From IMG/VR virus record IMGVR_UViG_3300045988_167643: 64,000 nt of DNA; one strand, given 5' to 3'. Both the position numbers and the translations under genes were made by a program. The notes under the pieces were generated by a model that was given only the letters and a program-made list of their open reading frames with translations, searched no databases and was not told where the DNA came from. This DNA comes from a virus. How positions within the stretch are numbered: the first letter of the stretch is position 1; the number at the start of each line of letters is the position of its first letter. Positions 18,464 through 27,445 of this stretch are shown in pieces.

Positions 18464-18784
18464 ATGTTTAGTTTTGATTGGACTGATTTTACAGAAAAAG
18501 ATTTAATAGAATTGAATAAAAGTAAAAATCCAATGGTTTATGGATATATATACATAGAAAAAAATAACAAAAAGTATATTGCAGATATTCAATGGAGTAC
18601 AGTTTCAGCATTTGGGTTTCATGGATTTTCAATTAATATATATGAATCCAACGAGTTTTATAGTCACTGTAAATGGATTAATGATATACAACTAATTAAA
18701 TCTGCCAAAAATTATAAAAGATTTAAAACCAGAGTGGAAAGTGAAATTAAAAAAATGTTGGAGGGATCAAATGAAGATAGGTGA
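18464..18784 (+). CDS. hypothetical protein
   Basis: 106-aa ORF, CGGAGGTG SD. Confidence 0.6.
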   Translation: MFSFDWTDFTEKDLIELNKSKNPMVYGYIYIEKNNKKYIADIQWSTVSAFGFHGFSINIYESNEFYSHCKWINDIQLIKSAKNYKRFKTRVESEIKKMLEGSNEDR

Positions 18785-18950
18785 CAAGGTTTGTGTAACA
18801 ATGCTACCAAGTAAAGATATTAATGGAAAGGATTATGATGAAAAAGGAGCAGGTGGTGTTGTATTGAAAATAAAAGAAAATAGTACAATCATTAAATTAT
18901 TTGATGGTGCCGTTATAGAGGCAGAAGGAACTGATTTTGATGAATATTAA
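18771..18950 (+). CDS. small hypothetical protein (59 aa)
   Basis: ATG after GGAGGG within track ORF 18741..18950. Confidence 0.55.
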   Translation: MKIGDKVCVTMLPSKDINGKDYDEKGAGGVVLKIKENSTIIKLFDGAVIEAEGTDFDEY

Positions 18951-18968
18951 ACACAGAGGTAAGCGAAA

Positions 18969-19241
18969 ATGAATTATAAATACGAAATTAAAATAAAAAG
19001 TGGAACGAGCCAATATTATGACTATGATAATTGTGATTTGTTGCTAAAAAAATGCGAAACACCATTTCTTCCGAGAGTAGGTGAAACCATTCAAATTAAT
19101 TTTAATGAGATAAATCAAAAAACAGGAAAGAAATGTATGCAATATTATAAATTCTTAGTTCGTGATATTCAGTATTGGATTAATGAAGATAAAAATGGAA
19201 TTTATGTTTATGTAATTCCAATTGATGGATATAAATGTTAA
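18969..19241 (+). CDS. hypothetical protein
   Basis: 90-aa ORF, GAGGT SD. Confidence 0.6.
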   Translation: MNYKYEIKIKSGTSQYYDYDNCDLLLKKCETPFLPRVGETIQINFNEINQKTGKKCMQYYKFLVRDIQYWINEDKNGIYVYVIPIDGYKC

Positions 19242-19266
19242 TGGTGAAGATTGGAGGTAAGCGAAA

Positions 19267-19464
19267 ATGGCAGAAATTACGGTATTTGATTTATGTAGTT
19301 TATATATAGAACATGATGAAGAAGTGGTTATATGGAATGTTCAGGAAGAGAAAGAAGTATTTAGAGGGGCATTTACAGAAGCTATGTATAGTAGCGAGTT
19401 TGCAGATTATGTTGTAGGTAGTTTTGGAATTGAAAATGGAATTATATGCATCAATATTGACTGA
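19267..19464 (+). CDS. hypothetical protein
   Basis: 65-aa ORF, GGAGGT SD. Confidence 0.6.
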   Translation: MAEITVFDLCSLYIEHDEEVVIWNVQEEKEVFRGAFTEAMYSSEFADYVVGSFGIENGIICINID

Positions 19465-19494
19465 TAAAATACATGTTCTACGGAGGAATTGATA

Positions 19495-19758
19495 ATGAAA
19501 GAAATTAAGGTTTATTTATTCACAGAAGATGAAGCAACTGAAATTTTACAAAATATATTAGATAATAAAACTTTGGTATTAACACAATATTTAGATTGTT
19601 TTGTAGCAGAGACATCAGAGCAGGAACTTGATGCCTCTCAAATTGATGAGAGAATGGCACAATATTTAGAAATTGATTCTTGTGAACATCATGCGTTTAT
19701 TAGTTATAATGGGAAAACTTATATGTGTGTTATTCCTACAAACGAAATTGGAGATTAA
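19495..19758 (+). CDS. hypothetical protein
   Basis: ATG after CGGAGG within track ORF 19489..19758. Confidence 0.6.
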   Translation: MKEIKVYLFTEDEATEILQNILDNKTLVLTQYLDCFVAETSEQELDASQIDERMAQYLEIDSCEHHAFISYNGKTYMCVIPTNEIGD

Positions 19759-19760
19759 AA

Positions 19761-20315
19761 ATGACTAGAAGAGAATGGACTGCTGAAGAAGAGAAATACA
19801 TGAATAAGTATTATTTACGCCAGCCTACCAAGCGAACTGCGAAAGTTCTTAATCGAAGTATTGAGTCTGTTCGTAAAAAAGCTGTACAAATGGGAATTAA
19901 TACATATTATGATGGTTATTTAAGTGCTCATGTACTTGCAGAATGTTTTAGCACTAACACTCAAGTGATAAAACGATGGATAGAAAAATTCAATCTCCCA
20001 GCTATTAAGATAAATGATTCAAAACATAGAACTAGATATCAGATAGATCCAGAGAATTTTTGGAAATGGGCAGATGGTCACCGAGACGTAATTAATTGGT
20101 CTGGCTATGATTTATGCTCAATACTTCCGGAGCCACAATGGGTAGAATTTGAACAATCAAGATATAAAACAAAACGGCATTGTAGAAAATTTACTGCAAA
20201 TGAAATAGTGCAAATTAAACACATGCTGCGTAGATGTATGACATATAAAGAGATAGCTGAAAAGCTTGGACGGACTGAGAGGAGTATTGAAGCAAAAGTA
20301 AGAAAAATTGCATGA
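19761..20315 (+). CDS. putative DNA-binding protein with several HTH-like segments
   Basis: GGAGA SD; WTAEEEKYM...RSIESVRKKAVQMGI (Myb/SANT-like) and MTYKEIAEKLGRTERSIEAKVRKI (HTH-like). Confidence 0.5.
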   Translation: MTRREWTAEEEKYMNKYYLRQPTKRTAKVLNRSIESVRKKAVQMGINTYYDGYLSAHVLAECFSTNTQVIKRWIEKFNLPAIKINDSKHRTRYQIDPENFWKWADGHRDVINWSGYDLCSILPEPQWVEFEQSRYKTKRHCRKFTANEIVQIKHMLRRCMTYKEIAEKLGRTERSIEAKVRKIA

Positions 20316-20327
20316 GGTGATGAATGC

Positions 20328-20606
20328 ATGATAACTATTAAAGTACATCGTAAAAGCTTTTTAAATGAGATATTTTTAAACTTATGTGAAAATTTCTGTG
20401 ATAGTGGTTATTATGATTTTGATAATAAAAAGGCATACGCAGAAACTGATAGTGAAATTGCTGCAGATGCACTTGAAGAAGTTTTATATGATCTTGGATA
20501 TATAAAACTTGAAGATACATCTGTGGAAGAAAGCGAAATAAGACATTACTCACGTAAGGACGTTATTGAAAATGGAGCTTGGAAAGCAGTATTTAAAGAG
20601 CTTTGA
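20328..20606 (+). CDS. hypothetical protein
   Basis: 92-aa ORF, GAGGTG SD. Confidence 0.6.
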   Translation: MITIKVHRKSFLNEIFLNLCENFCDSGYYDFDNKKAYAETDSEIAADALEEVLYDLGYIKLEDTSVEESEIRHYSRKDVIENGAWKAVFKEL

Positions 20607-20620
20607 TGGAGGTAAGTAAA

Positions 20621-20833
20621 ATGGACCGGCTTGATAAGGTAATTGGTTATTTAAAAAGTAACACAACATCAGAGAGATCTGACGGAGATCAGCTTATTCA
20701 ATTAGCATGTAATTGTATTAAATATGCAGATTTTTATACAGGACGTAGTTCTAAAAATTGGACAGCAAGGGAACTGTTTGATGGAGTATTAACAGAGGAC
20801 CAGATAAAAGAAGTTTTTGATTCGGAGGTATAA
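20621..20833 (+). CDS. hypothetical protein
   Basis: ATG after GGAGGT within track ORF 20603..20833. Confidence 0.55.
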   Translation: MDRLDKVIGYLKSNTTSERSDGDQLIQLACNCIKYADFYTGRSSKNWTARELFDGVLTEDQIKEVFDSEV

Positions 20834-20834
20834 A

Positions 20835-21353
20835 ATGGATAATAAGAGAAATGGAAATAAAAAATATGTAATGATAGTAACGAGTGAAGATGATAGATAC
20901 AATCCAAATGCTCCATACGATGGTGTTGGTGTACAGCTTGGATTTTTTGCAGATAATCCTTGGGAAGGCAGATTTGAATGTTGTATAGATGGAGATAGTT
21001 TTGGAGAATTATGCGAAGAAATGGAAAGAACTGATGTAGGAGGTCTTTTTTATCAGCTTTACGAGAATAAATATGGAAACCGCATTAGTTATGGTACTAT
21101 CGATTATGATGCTATTCAGGATGAAATTGATGAATATGAAATTAAGAATGTAGATGATATTGATGCATCATCATATGACGTTCAGTATAGAGATGAAATA
21201 CTTTTAAAAGCATATAACTTAGAATATGCAAAAATGTGTAAAAAATATTTCCAGGAAAAAATACTTAATGGTGCATTTGATGAGAAATGGAGTATTAGAC
21301 CAGAAGAAAGAAGAGTTGTTGCAGATGAAATTGTCATTATTCCTGTAAACTAA
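20835..21353 (+). CDS. hypothetical protein
   Basis: ATG after CGGAGG within track ORF 20817..21353. Confidence 0.6.
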   Translation: MDNKRNGNKKYVMIVTSEDDRYNPNAPYDGVGVQLGFFADNPWEGRFECCIDGDSFGELCEEMERTDVGGLFYQLYENKYGNRISYGTIDYDAIQDEIDEYEIKNVDDIDASSYDVQYRDEILLKAYNLEYAKMCKKYFQEKILNGAFDEKWSIRPEERRVVADEIVIIPVN

Positions 21354-21591
21354 TGAAGAATATAAAATTGGTGTTATATTTATAAAAGGAATTTATAGAT
21401 GATGCATGAATTAAGAAAACTTTATATTGATTATAATTCAATATTCCGTCCATCAAAAGAAATAATACATAGAAATAAAAAAGCTATGGATAATATAGAA
21501 CAGAATGTTTAAATAAGAAGACTGGAAAATGGATTTGAAGCAAAAATTAAAGATTTAGATTTATCATTTATAGATAAGATGAAGGAATAAA

Positions 21592-21792
21592 ATGAAAAAT
21601 TATTATAAACGAACTTTTGATGGAGCGGTTTTCTCAGAAGAAACATTAAAAGAATTTTTTGCACAGATATTACTTAAAGAAGAAAAATTTCATGCGTGGC
21701 TTAATGAAAATTTGACTAAGGGAAACATTACAATTATTTCCAGAACTGAATATACGAGAAAATTAATAAATGATTATAATCGGATGAAATAA
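21592..21792 (+). CDS. hypothetical protein
   Basis: 66-aa ORF, AAGGA SD. Confidence 0.55.
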   Translation: MKNYYKRTFDGAVFSEETLKEFFAQILLKEEKFHAWLNENLTKGNITIISRTEYTRKLINDYNRMK

Positions 21793-21805
21793 ACGGAGGT
21801 ATAAT

Positions 21806-22255
21806 ATGGGCAGTTTTAGTTGGTTAAGAGCAGATAAGACAACAAAGCGAAAAAATCTCACTGAAGGAGATCGCTACAAGATACTTATTCCAAAGGAATT
21901 TGGTGGTGGATTTATTAAAGACACATATTATGATTATGGATATGTTTTTCATGGAACAGAAAATGAAGCAGATCTATATGGGATTCTGGCATATTGGAAT
22001 GGTTGTGAAGGAATGGATTATTCGTATGAGTGTGGACATTATCCAAAAACAATGGAAGAAATCCTTAAATATGGAAATACATGCAAGCAGTCAAATCGCA
22101 GTCAAGGAATTAATGTTGGATGTGGTAAGGAATGCATTGATAAACTAAAATATCCTTTAAAGCTTGTTTCGGCTTCTTATAAGGGAACTTATGAAGATTG
22201 TAAAGGTCGCAGTTATAATGATCCTGAACAGGGATTTATAAAGACTTACTGGTAA
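21806..22255 (+). CDS. hypothetical protein
   Basis: 149-aa ORF, CGGAGG SD. Confidence 0.6.
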   Translation: MGSFSWLRADKTTKRKNLTEGDRYKILIPKEFGGGFIKDTYYDYGYVFHGTENEADLYGILAYWNGCEGMDYSYECGHYPKTMEEILKYGNTCKQSNRSQGINVGCGKECIDKLKYPLKLVSASYKGTYEDCKGRSYNDPEQGFIKTYW

Positions 22256-22284
22256 TAAAATGAGAGTTTCAAAGAGGTGACATA

Positions 22285-22680
22285 ATGGAAATAATCATTA
22301 TTACAGGTCAACGAAATGGAAGTTTATATCTTGCAGGAAATTATGAACATGTAAAGTATTTTCCAGAACAAAGCACATTACATCCTTATAAACTATCTGA
22401 AAAAATTTTGAAATTATGTGATACGTATTTTAAAGCAAATGAAGATTTGATTATAACCACATACTCTGAAATTGTATTAGATTCTGTCAGGTTATGGGGA
22501 GCAAGAACTGGACACTGTGATATTTTGAAATGTATTAACTGCATGGATAATGGAGAAATTCGCACAGCTGGATTTAATGAATACGGAGAGATGGATGTTT
22601 GGGAGAACGGAATATTTGACATTAAAAAAATTATCCTAAAAGAATTGTTTGATATTAAAAAAGGGAAAATGAATAATTGA
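22285..22680 (+). CDS. hypothetical protein
   Basis: 131-aa ORF, GAGGTG SD. Confidence 0.6.
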   Translation: MEIIIITGQRNGSLYLAGNYEHVKYFPEQSTLHPYKLSEKILKLCDTYFKANEDLIITTYSEIVLDSVRLWGARTGHCDILKCINCMDNGEIRTAGFNEYGEMDVWENGIFDIKKIILKELFDIKKGKMNN

Positions 22681-22716
22681 AAAATTGCTTTCAAGGTGAA
22701 GAATGGAGATGACAAT

Positions 22717-22909
22717 ATGACATTAAGGGAATTAGAATTTTTTAAAAATGTAAATAAGATCGCGGAATTGCGTTGATAGCTTTATTGTCAACCAAGCAAA
22801 AGAATTTTTCGATTGGTTAAAATTATGGTTCAAAGAGAAATATAAAATAGAGCTTAATTGCAATAATACAGGAAGCGTTATGTGGAGTAATAATTTTAGC
22901 GAGGATTAA
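22717..22909 (+). pseudogene. possible frameshifted small gene
   Basis: SD+ATG ORF stops after 19 codons (22776); the -1 frame continues open, protein-like, to 22909 (NCVDSFIVNQAKEFFDWLKLWFKEKYKIELNC...). Confidence 0.3.
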
Positions 22910-22912
22910 TAC

Positions 22913-23008
22913 ATGGATGACATAGATATTATCATAGAAGTTGATGGATGGATTATTAAGGCAAACACAGATATGATTGAAGAAGATGTGATTCGGCAGC
23001 GAATGTGA
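22913..23008 (+). CDS. small hypothetical protein (31 aa)
   Basis: GAGGA SD 8 nt upstream. Confidence 0.35.
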   Translation: MDDIDIIIEVDGWIIKANTDMIEEDVIRQRM

Positions 23009-23032
23009 TTGAAACCTAAAAACGAGTAGATA

Positions 23033-23063
23033 AGCGATCAGATTAATTTCTGGTCGCTTTTGT
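23033..23063 (+). terminator. rho-independent terminator
   Basis: AGCGATCAG / CTGGTCGCT stem followed by TTTTG. Confidence 0.6.
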
Positions 23064-23111
23064 AAAAGTTGGATTTTACAAGAGAATTTTACTGACAATA
23101 CAAGATAAATG

Positions 23112-23120
23112 TGGTATGAT
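23112..23120 (+). promoter_or_regulatory. extended -10 promoter (TGGTATGAT) with TGACAA -35
   Basis: TGnTATGAT; TGACAA 16 nt upstream; sits just after a terminator. Confidence 0.5.
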
Positions 23121-23166
23121 TTAAGAAATTAATTGTACGTGAAATAATTGAAATGGAGGAAAGAAA

Positions 23167-23928
23167 ATGGCACATTATGGAAATGATGATCGGTTTGATC
23201 ATATCTTTTTTTACGATGCTGATGATTTTTTGAGTAGTAATAAGAAAATATTAGCAACTCAACTGGAACAATTTGCAGAAGTATTTGAAAAAGGTAGAAA
23301 AAGAGAGTTTGGGTACTCAAAGTTTAGGCTTATTTATGGCTGCACAACAGACGACTATGAGATGGACATTTTAAAGCATGAATGTTTAGAATTCAATAAA
23401 GGTGTCATGACAAATGAAGAGAAAGAGTTTTTTAAGGAACTTTTATTTGTAAAAAATGCACAACCATACATAGATGCAGGTTATCTTGTATACGATGGAA
23501 AAAAGACTAAGCCACCTATACATGCATATGCTCCAGCAACAACAGATGATTACTGGTTTCCAACGGAAAAATGTAAAATTGACTACGAAAAATATGTAGA
23601 GGAAAAGAAGCAGAAAAAATACAATGAAGCTTTGAGGAAAGCAGCTATAGAAGCCGGTGTATTGTCAACGGATGGAACAGGAAAACCAGCGGAATTTTGT
23701 AACCCAGATTGTTATACAAATATTCCTATTTTTACAACCGATCAGATTAAAATAGGATTAGGATTACTTGTTGTATCCGGAATACTTCTTATTACAATAT
23801 TTGCACCTTTTATTGTATTAATTTGGGTTTGGTATCTTTGTGACGTTTATAAAGATTATAAACAAAGGCAATTTGCAGCAGAGCGATATTATAGAGCCAC
23901 ACATGGACTTCCATATAATAAAAAATAA
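23167..23928 (+). CDS. hypothetical protein with C-terminal transmembrane segment
   Basis: GGAGG SD; IGLGLLVVSGILLITIFAPFIVLIWVWYL hydrophobic stretch. Confidence 0.6.
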   Translation: MAHYGNDDRFDHIFFYDADDFLSSNKKILATQLEQFAEVFEKGRKREFGYSKFRLIYGCTTDDYEMDILKHECLEFNKGVMTNEEKEFFKELLFVKNAQPYIDAGYLVYDGKKTKPPIHAYAPATTDDYWFPTEKCKIDYEKYVEEKKQKKYNEALRKAAIEAGVLSTDGTGKPAEFCNPDCYTNIPIFTTDQIKIGLGLLVVSGILLITIFAPFIVLIWVWYLCDVYKDYKQRQFAAERYYRATHGLPYNKK

Positions 23929-23941
23929 TATTTACAATAGA

Positions 23942-23972
23942 AACAGCTTACATAAATGTAGGCTGTTTTTGT
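23942..23972 (+). terminator. rho-independent terminator
   Basis: ACAGCTTACA / TGTAGGCTGT stem followed by TTTTTGTATTT. Confidence 0.6.
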
Positions 23973-24000
23973 ATTTAAGAAAACCGGAGGTATAAGCAAA

Positions 24001-24309
24001 ATGAAGAATATAAGATTATTACAGGCTGCCAATTCAGAATGCACAAATAAAGATTTCATAATAAGAATGTGTGAATGTGTAAAGGATAGATTACTGGAAC
24101 TACAAATGCGTACAACATTTCGTCCTACAAGTGTTAATGAAGAAACGCTTAGTGAATGGGAAGAAGTTGCTGATGTAGCAAATGATATTATGAAAAAATA
24201 TAAGGAGGATGAAATTGATGATGAATTAGAAGATATGATTGTAGATATGAAAGAAAAAATATTGGATTACCATATGAACTACCAGGGAATAAGCAAATTG
24301 GTAATATAA
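24001..24309 (+). CDS. hypothetical protein
   Basis: 102-aa ORF, CGGAGG SD. Confidence 0.6.
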   Translation: MKNIRLLQAANSECTNKDFIIRMCECVKDRLLELQMRTTFRPTSVNEETLSEWEEVADVANDIMKKYKEDEIDDELEDMIVDMKEKILDYHMNYQGISKLVI

Positions 24310-24324
24310 AGTGAGGTGATAAAG

Positions 24325-25353
24325 ATGACAGGTAGAATGGAGATAGAAGTCAAATATACAAACAATATAGATCGGCTCCTAAAAAATGAGCCAGAATATA
24401 TGGATCTGTTTAATGTGTTTATGATCGCAGATGATAAAACGGTAAAGACAAGATTAAACTACATTAACAATGTAGTAAGGTTTATACATTATCTAAAAGA
24501 TTCTGGATATCCAACGGAAACTATAGATGATATTGGAAAATTAAATGTAGAAACTATAAGAAAATATATTGTAGACGATGATAATCGTGTAATTATAGAT
24601 AATGGAAGAATTTCTGATTCTTATAAGTACATTAGATATTTTTCTTTAAATTGCTTTTTTAAGTTTTTGGAAGATGGGGATCATATTAATAAAAATCCAA
24701 TGAGAAAAATTAAAACTCCAAACAATAAAAGAATGAAGAAAAAAGTATATTTGGATGTTAATGAAGTAAGGGAAATTGAGAAAAATGTGTCTTCTGGAAA
24801 TACTAAAAGAAGCAAATCATATCTTTCTCAGTGGCATGAGAGAGATGAGGCTATAATTAATCTTGGATTCCATAAGGCACTACGAGTTTCTGCGATAATC
24901 TCAATTAATCTTGAAGATATTAACTGGGAAGGTAAATCTTTAAGTGTTATTGAAAAAGGAAATGACCCACGGCATATTCATCTCAGTGACGGTACAATCA
25001 AAATACTTCAGTGTTGGGTCCAGAAGCGAAATGAATATACTAAAGTAAATGGGGTGGAAAGTCCTGCATTATTTATTTCAAACAAATCTGGCAGAATTTC
25101 ACAAAAAACAGTTGGAAGGATATTAAGATCATATGCCGGTGACATCAATAAAGAAAAAAGAATTGTACCACATACAATGCGAAGCTCTACCGGTACAAAC
25201 TATTATTTGAAAACAGGTAATGCTAGAGCGGTACAGCAATTACTTGGCCAAAAGAGTTTAGCAGCAACACAAAAATATCTGGATGACACAGTTCAGCAGA
25301 GAAGAGAAATTACTGATACAGTAGAAGATTTGTATGGAGATGATAATGAATGA
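24325..25353 (+). CDS. tyrosine recombinase / integrase (XerC/D-like)
   Basis: Catalytic-domain motifs: ALRVSAI (Arg), HTMRSS (HxxR), LLGQKSLAATQKYL (terminal Tyr). Confidence 0.8.
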   Translation: MTGRMEIEVKYTNNIDRLLKNEPEYMDLFNVFMIADDKTVKTRLNYINNVVRFIHYLKDSGYPTETIDDIGKLNVETIRKYIVDDDNRVIIDNGRISDSYKYIRYFSLNCFFKFLEDGDHINKNPMRKIKTPNNKRMKKKVYLDVNEVREIEKNVSSGNTKRSKSYLSQWHERDEAIINLGFHKALRVSAIISINLEDINWEGKSLSVIEKGNDPRHIHLSDGTIKILQCWVQKRNEYTKVNGVESPALFISNKSGRISQKTVGRILRSYAGDINKEKRIVPHTMRSSTGTNYYLKTGNARAVQQLLGQKSLAATQKYLDDTVQQRREITDTVEDLYGDDNE

Positions 25354-25568
25354 GTAAGAGTTTAGATGATATATTAAGAAACAAGGGAGACTTGAAACCA
25401 CGCCAGGTTGAAAAGATATTTAATGCAAATGGATGGTACATAGTCAGAACAAATAATCATAATATATATAAGAAGGAAGGTAGATCGGAGTTGGTAATAG
25501 CTCCGATTGGAAATATGAATTGGAAAACATTTCGTGATACTTGCAAGAGATGCGGTATGGCAATGTAA
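25350..25568 (+). CDS. HicA/YcfA-like small protein
   Basis: ATGA overlap with the integrase; KIFNANGWYIVRTNNHNIYKKEGRSELVIAP resembles the HicA core. Confidence 0.45.
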   Translation: MSKSLDDILRNKGDLKPRQVEKIFNANGWYIVRTNNHNIYKKEGRSELVIAPIGNMNWKTFRDTCKRCGMAM

Positions 25569-25577
25569 GGGAAATTG

Positions 25578-25586
25578 TGGTATGAT
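25578..25586 (+). promoter_or_regulatory. extended -10 promoter (TGGTATGAT)
   Basis: AATTGTGGTATGAT, same motif as at 23110 and 54169. Confidence 0.45.
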
Positions 25587-25635
25587 GGAAGTAATTTTAA
25601 GTTGGAAAAGTTAAAGTTTATGAGGATATAATATT

Positions 25636-25920
25636 ATGGAAATCATTAAGTTAAAAGTTGGTAGAGATATACTGGAAATTAATAAAAATGATTTAATTCT
25701 TGATAATGGAGTATGTTATCAGATCATCACTAAAGAAGTTGGTAAAATAGATTGTAGACACTCGCCAGTAATGAGCAAAAAACTATTCAGTGATTTAAGA
25801 AAATATGAATTAATCTTTACAAACGAAGAATTAAGACAGATGGCAATCAGAAAATATAATACTGATAAATTTTCGCTATGGAAGTTTGATATTGATTGGA
25901 TGAAGAAAATAGGGTATTAA
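25636..25920 (+). CDS. hypothetical protein
   Basis: 94-aa ORF, GAGGA SD. Confidence 0.6.
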   Translation: MEIIKLKVGRDILEINKNDLILDNGVCYQIITKEVGKIDCRHSPVMSKKLFSDLRKYELIFTNEELRQMAIRKYNTDKFSLWKFDIDWMKKIGY

Positions 25921-26154
25921 ATGAAAAAAATAGAACTATCAGATGTGCAAAAATTAGAAAATGGAACAAAAGTATATGTTGAATGCGTTGGAGATGAATG
26001 GTATTTTTCAGATAAGAAAAATTACAAAACGTGGAATGTAAAACAAGAAAATGGGCTTCATTATGAGGTCGAAACTGAGGACAACACTATAAGCTTTCCA
26101 TATGATTTTGACTATAATGGATATAATATGGAAATTGCCTGTTACATTGATTAA
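25921..26154 (+). CDS. hypothetical protein
   Basis: 77-aa ORF abutting the upstream stop. Confidence 0.55.
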   Translation: MKKIELSDVQKLENGTKVYVECVGDEWYFSDKKNYKTWNVKQENGLHYEVETEDNTISFPYDFDYNGYNMEIACYID

Positions 26155-26185
26155 ATATAAAATTAAACTTCTATGGAGGTAGAAA

Positions 26186-26437
26186 ATGTATTTAAAGTCA
26201 AATAGAGTTGGTGTGATTGTTGAACGAATTGGGAGTAAGAGACAGCACAAATATAAACTTACAGAAAAGTCAATCACAATGGTTTCTGCAGGAACATTGG
26301 TTATACCAGTACATTTTCTCAGTGACAATTTCCAACTGTATAACCAGAATTGTGATGAGTTAATACAACCAGAAGGGAATTTCTGGATTACTGCTGAGAC
26401 TATTGATCCTTATCATGTGGTAATTGATATGTTTTAA
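26186..26437 (+). CDS. hypothetical protein
   Basis: 83-aa ORF, GGAGGT SD. Confidence 0.6.
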   Translation: MYLKSNRVGVIVERIGSKRQHKYKLTEKSITMVSAGTLVIPVHFLSDNFQLYNQNCDELIQPEGNFWITAETIDPYHVVIDMF

Positions 26438-26450
26438 GGAGATGAATATA

Positions 26451-26606
26451 ATGTATGATTCTGAAGAAATTAGAGAAATAATTAACGAAGCCGTAGCAGA
26501 GGAGATATTTTTACTTAAAGAAGAGGAACAAGAAAAATATCTTGTAATCCAATCATTAAAATCAAGGTTATATGACGCATTTGGACTTGAAGATGATGTT
26601 ATATAA
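26451..26606 (+). CDS. small acidic hypothetical protein (51 aa)
   Basis: ATG after AAGGAG within track ORF 26424..26606. Confidence 0.55.
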   Translation: MYDSEEIREIINEAVAEEIFLLKEEEQEKYLVIQSLKSRLYDAFGLEDDVI

Positions 26607-26670
26607 CTTGCAAAACAAGTTATTGTAATGCATAAGTGAATTTTAACTTTTTATGGAGGTAGAAAATAAT

Positions 26671-26898
26671 ATGACATACGGAAAATATAAAAAAACAAAA
26701 GAATATCTTAATGCAGAAGACATTTATTTATGTGTAAATGGAGAAGACCCAGTTAACGAAATGTATTATCCATATCAATTAGATAATGTTCCAATAATTG
26801 GAATTGGTTATTTACAAAATAACATAATTCAAATTGATTTAGTTGTTTTAAATTGGAAAGACAGATTTGATCCAGAATGGTATGCTGAATGTAAATAA
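26671..26898 (+). CDS. hypothetical protein
   Basis: ATG after GGAGGT within track ORF 26653..26898. Confidence 0.6.
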   Translation: MTYGKYKKTKEYLNAEDIYLCVNGEDPVNEMYYPYQLDNVPIIGIGYLQNNIIQIDLVVLNWKDRFDPEWYAECK

Positions 26899-26924
26899 AA
26901 TGACGATTTGAAGGGAGATATAAG

Positions 26925-27149
26925 ATGGCAAGATTAAAATGGAACATAGTTCACGAGTGTGACGATGACAACGGAAATCCAACTCAATGGGCTGCTGAAA
27001 TAAATCATCCGGATTATGGAAGATTCGTTTGGATCGACGATGAAGGTGAGAAGTTTGGAGTATACAGTGGAAAGAACTGTAATACAAAATTGGCGGAATG
27101 TAAATCTCTTGCAAGTGCGAAGAGATGGGTTGCGACATATATATTTTGA
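26925..27149 (+). CDS. hypothetical protein, paralog of 15023..15262
   Basis: AGGGAG SD; LKWNIVHECDDDNGNPTQW...ECKSLASAKRWVAT shared with the 15023 ORF. Confidence 0.65.
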   Translation: MARLKWNIVHECDDDNGNPTQWAAEINHPDYGRFVWIDDEGEKFGVYSGKNCNTKLAECKSLASAKRWVATYIF

Positions 27150-27162
27150 ACGGAGGCGACAT

Positions 27163-27426
27163 ATGAGAACATTATATGATGAATACACATCTGGCATATT
27201 AGCAGAATATGCATATTGCATTCAGTTAGGGCATGATATGCATATTGGAGACACATATCCTATTGGTAAAATTTGGAATGGCGTTGGAAACATTTCTGAA
27301 ATTTTAAGAAACCGAAAAATTTCAGTAGAAGATGAGGACGGAGAAATATATACATTGTTTTTTAGAATTATCAAGAAAAAATCGCAAATATTAAGAACTA
27401 CGGTAGAAATTATTGATGCAGATTGA
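27163..27426 (+). CDS. hypothetical protein
   Basis: Track ORF 27016..27426 trimmed to the ATG after CGGAGG. Confidence 0.6.
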   Translation: MRTLYDEYTSGILAEYAYCIQLGHDMHIGDTYPIGKIWNGVGNISEILRNRKISVEDEDGEIYTLFFRIIKKKSQILRTTVEIIDAD

Positions 27427-27445
27427 TTAATAAAACAGATATTTT

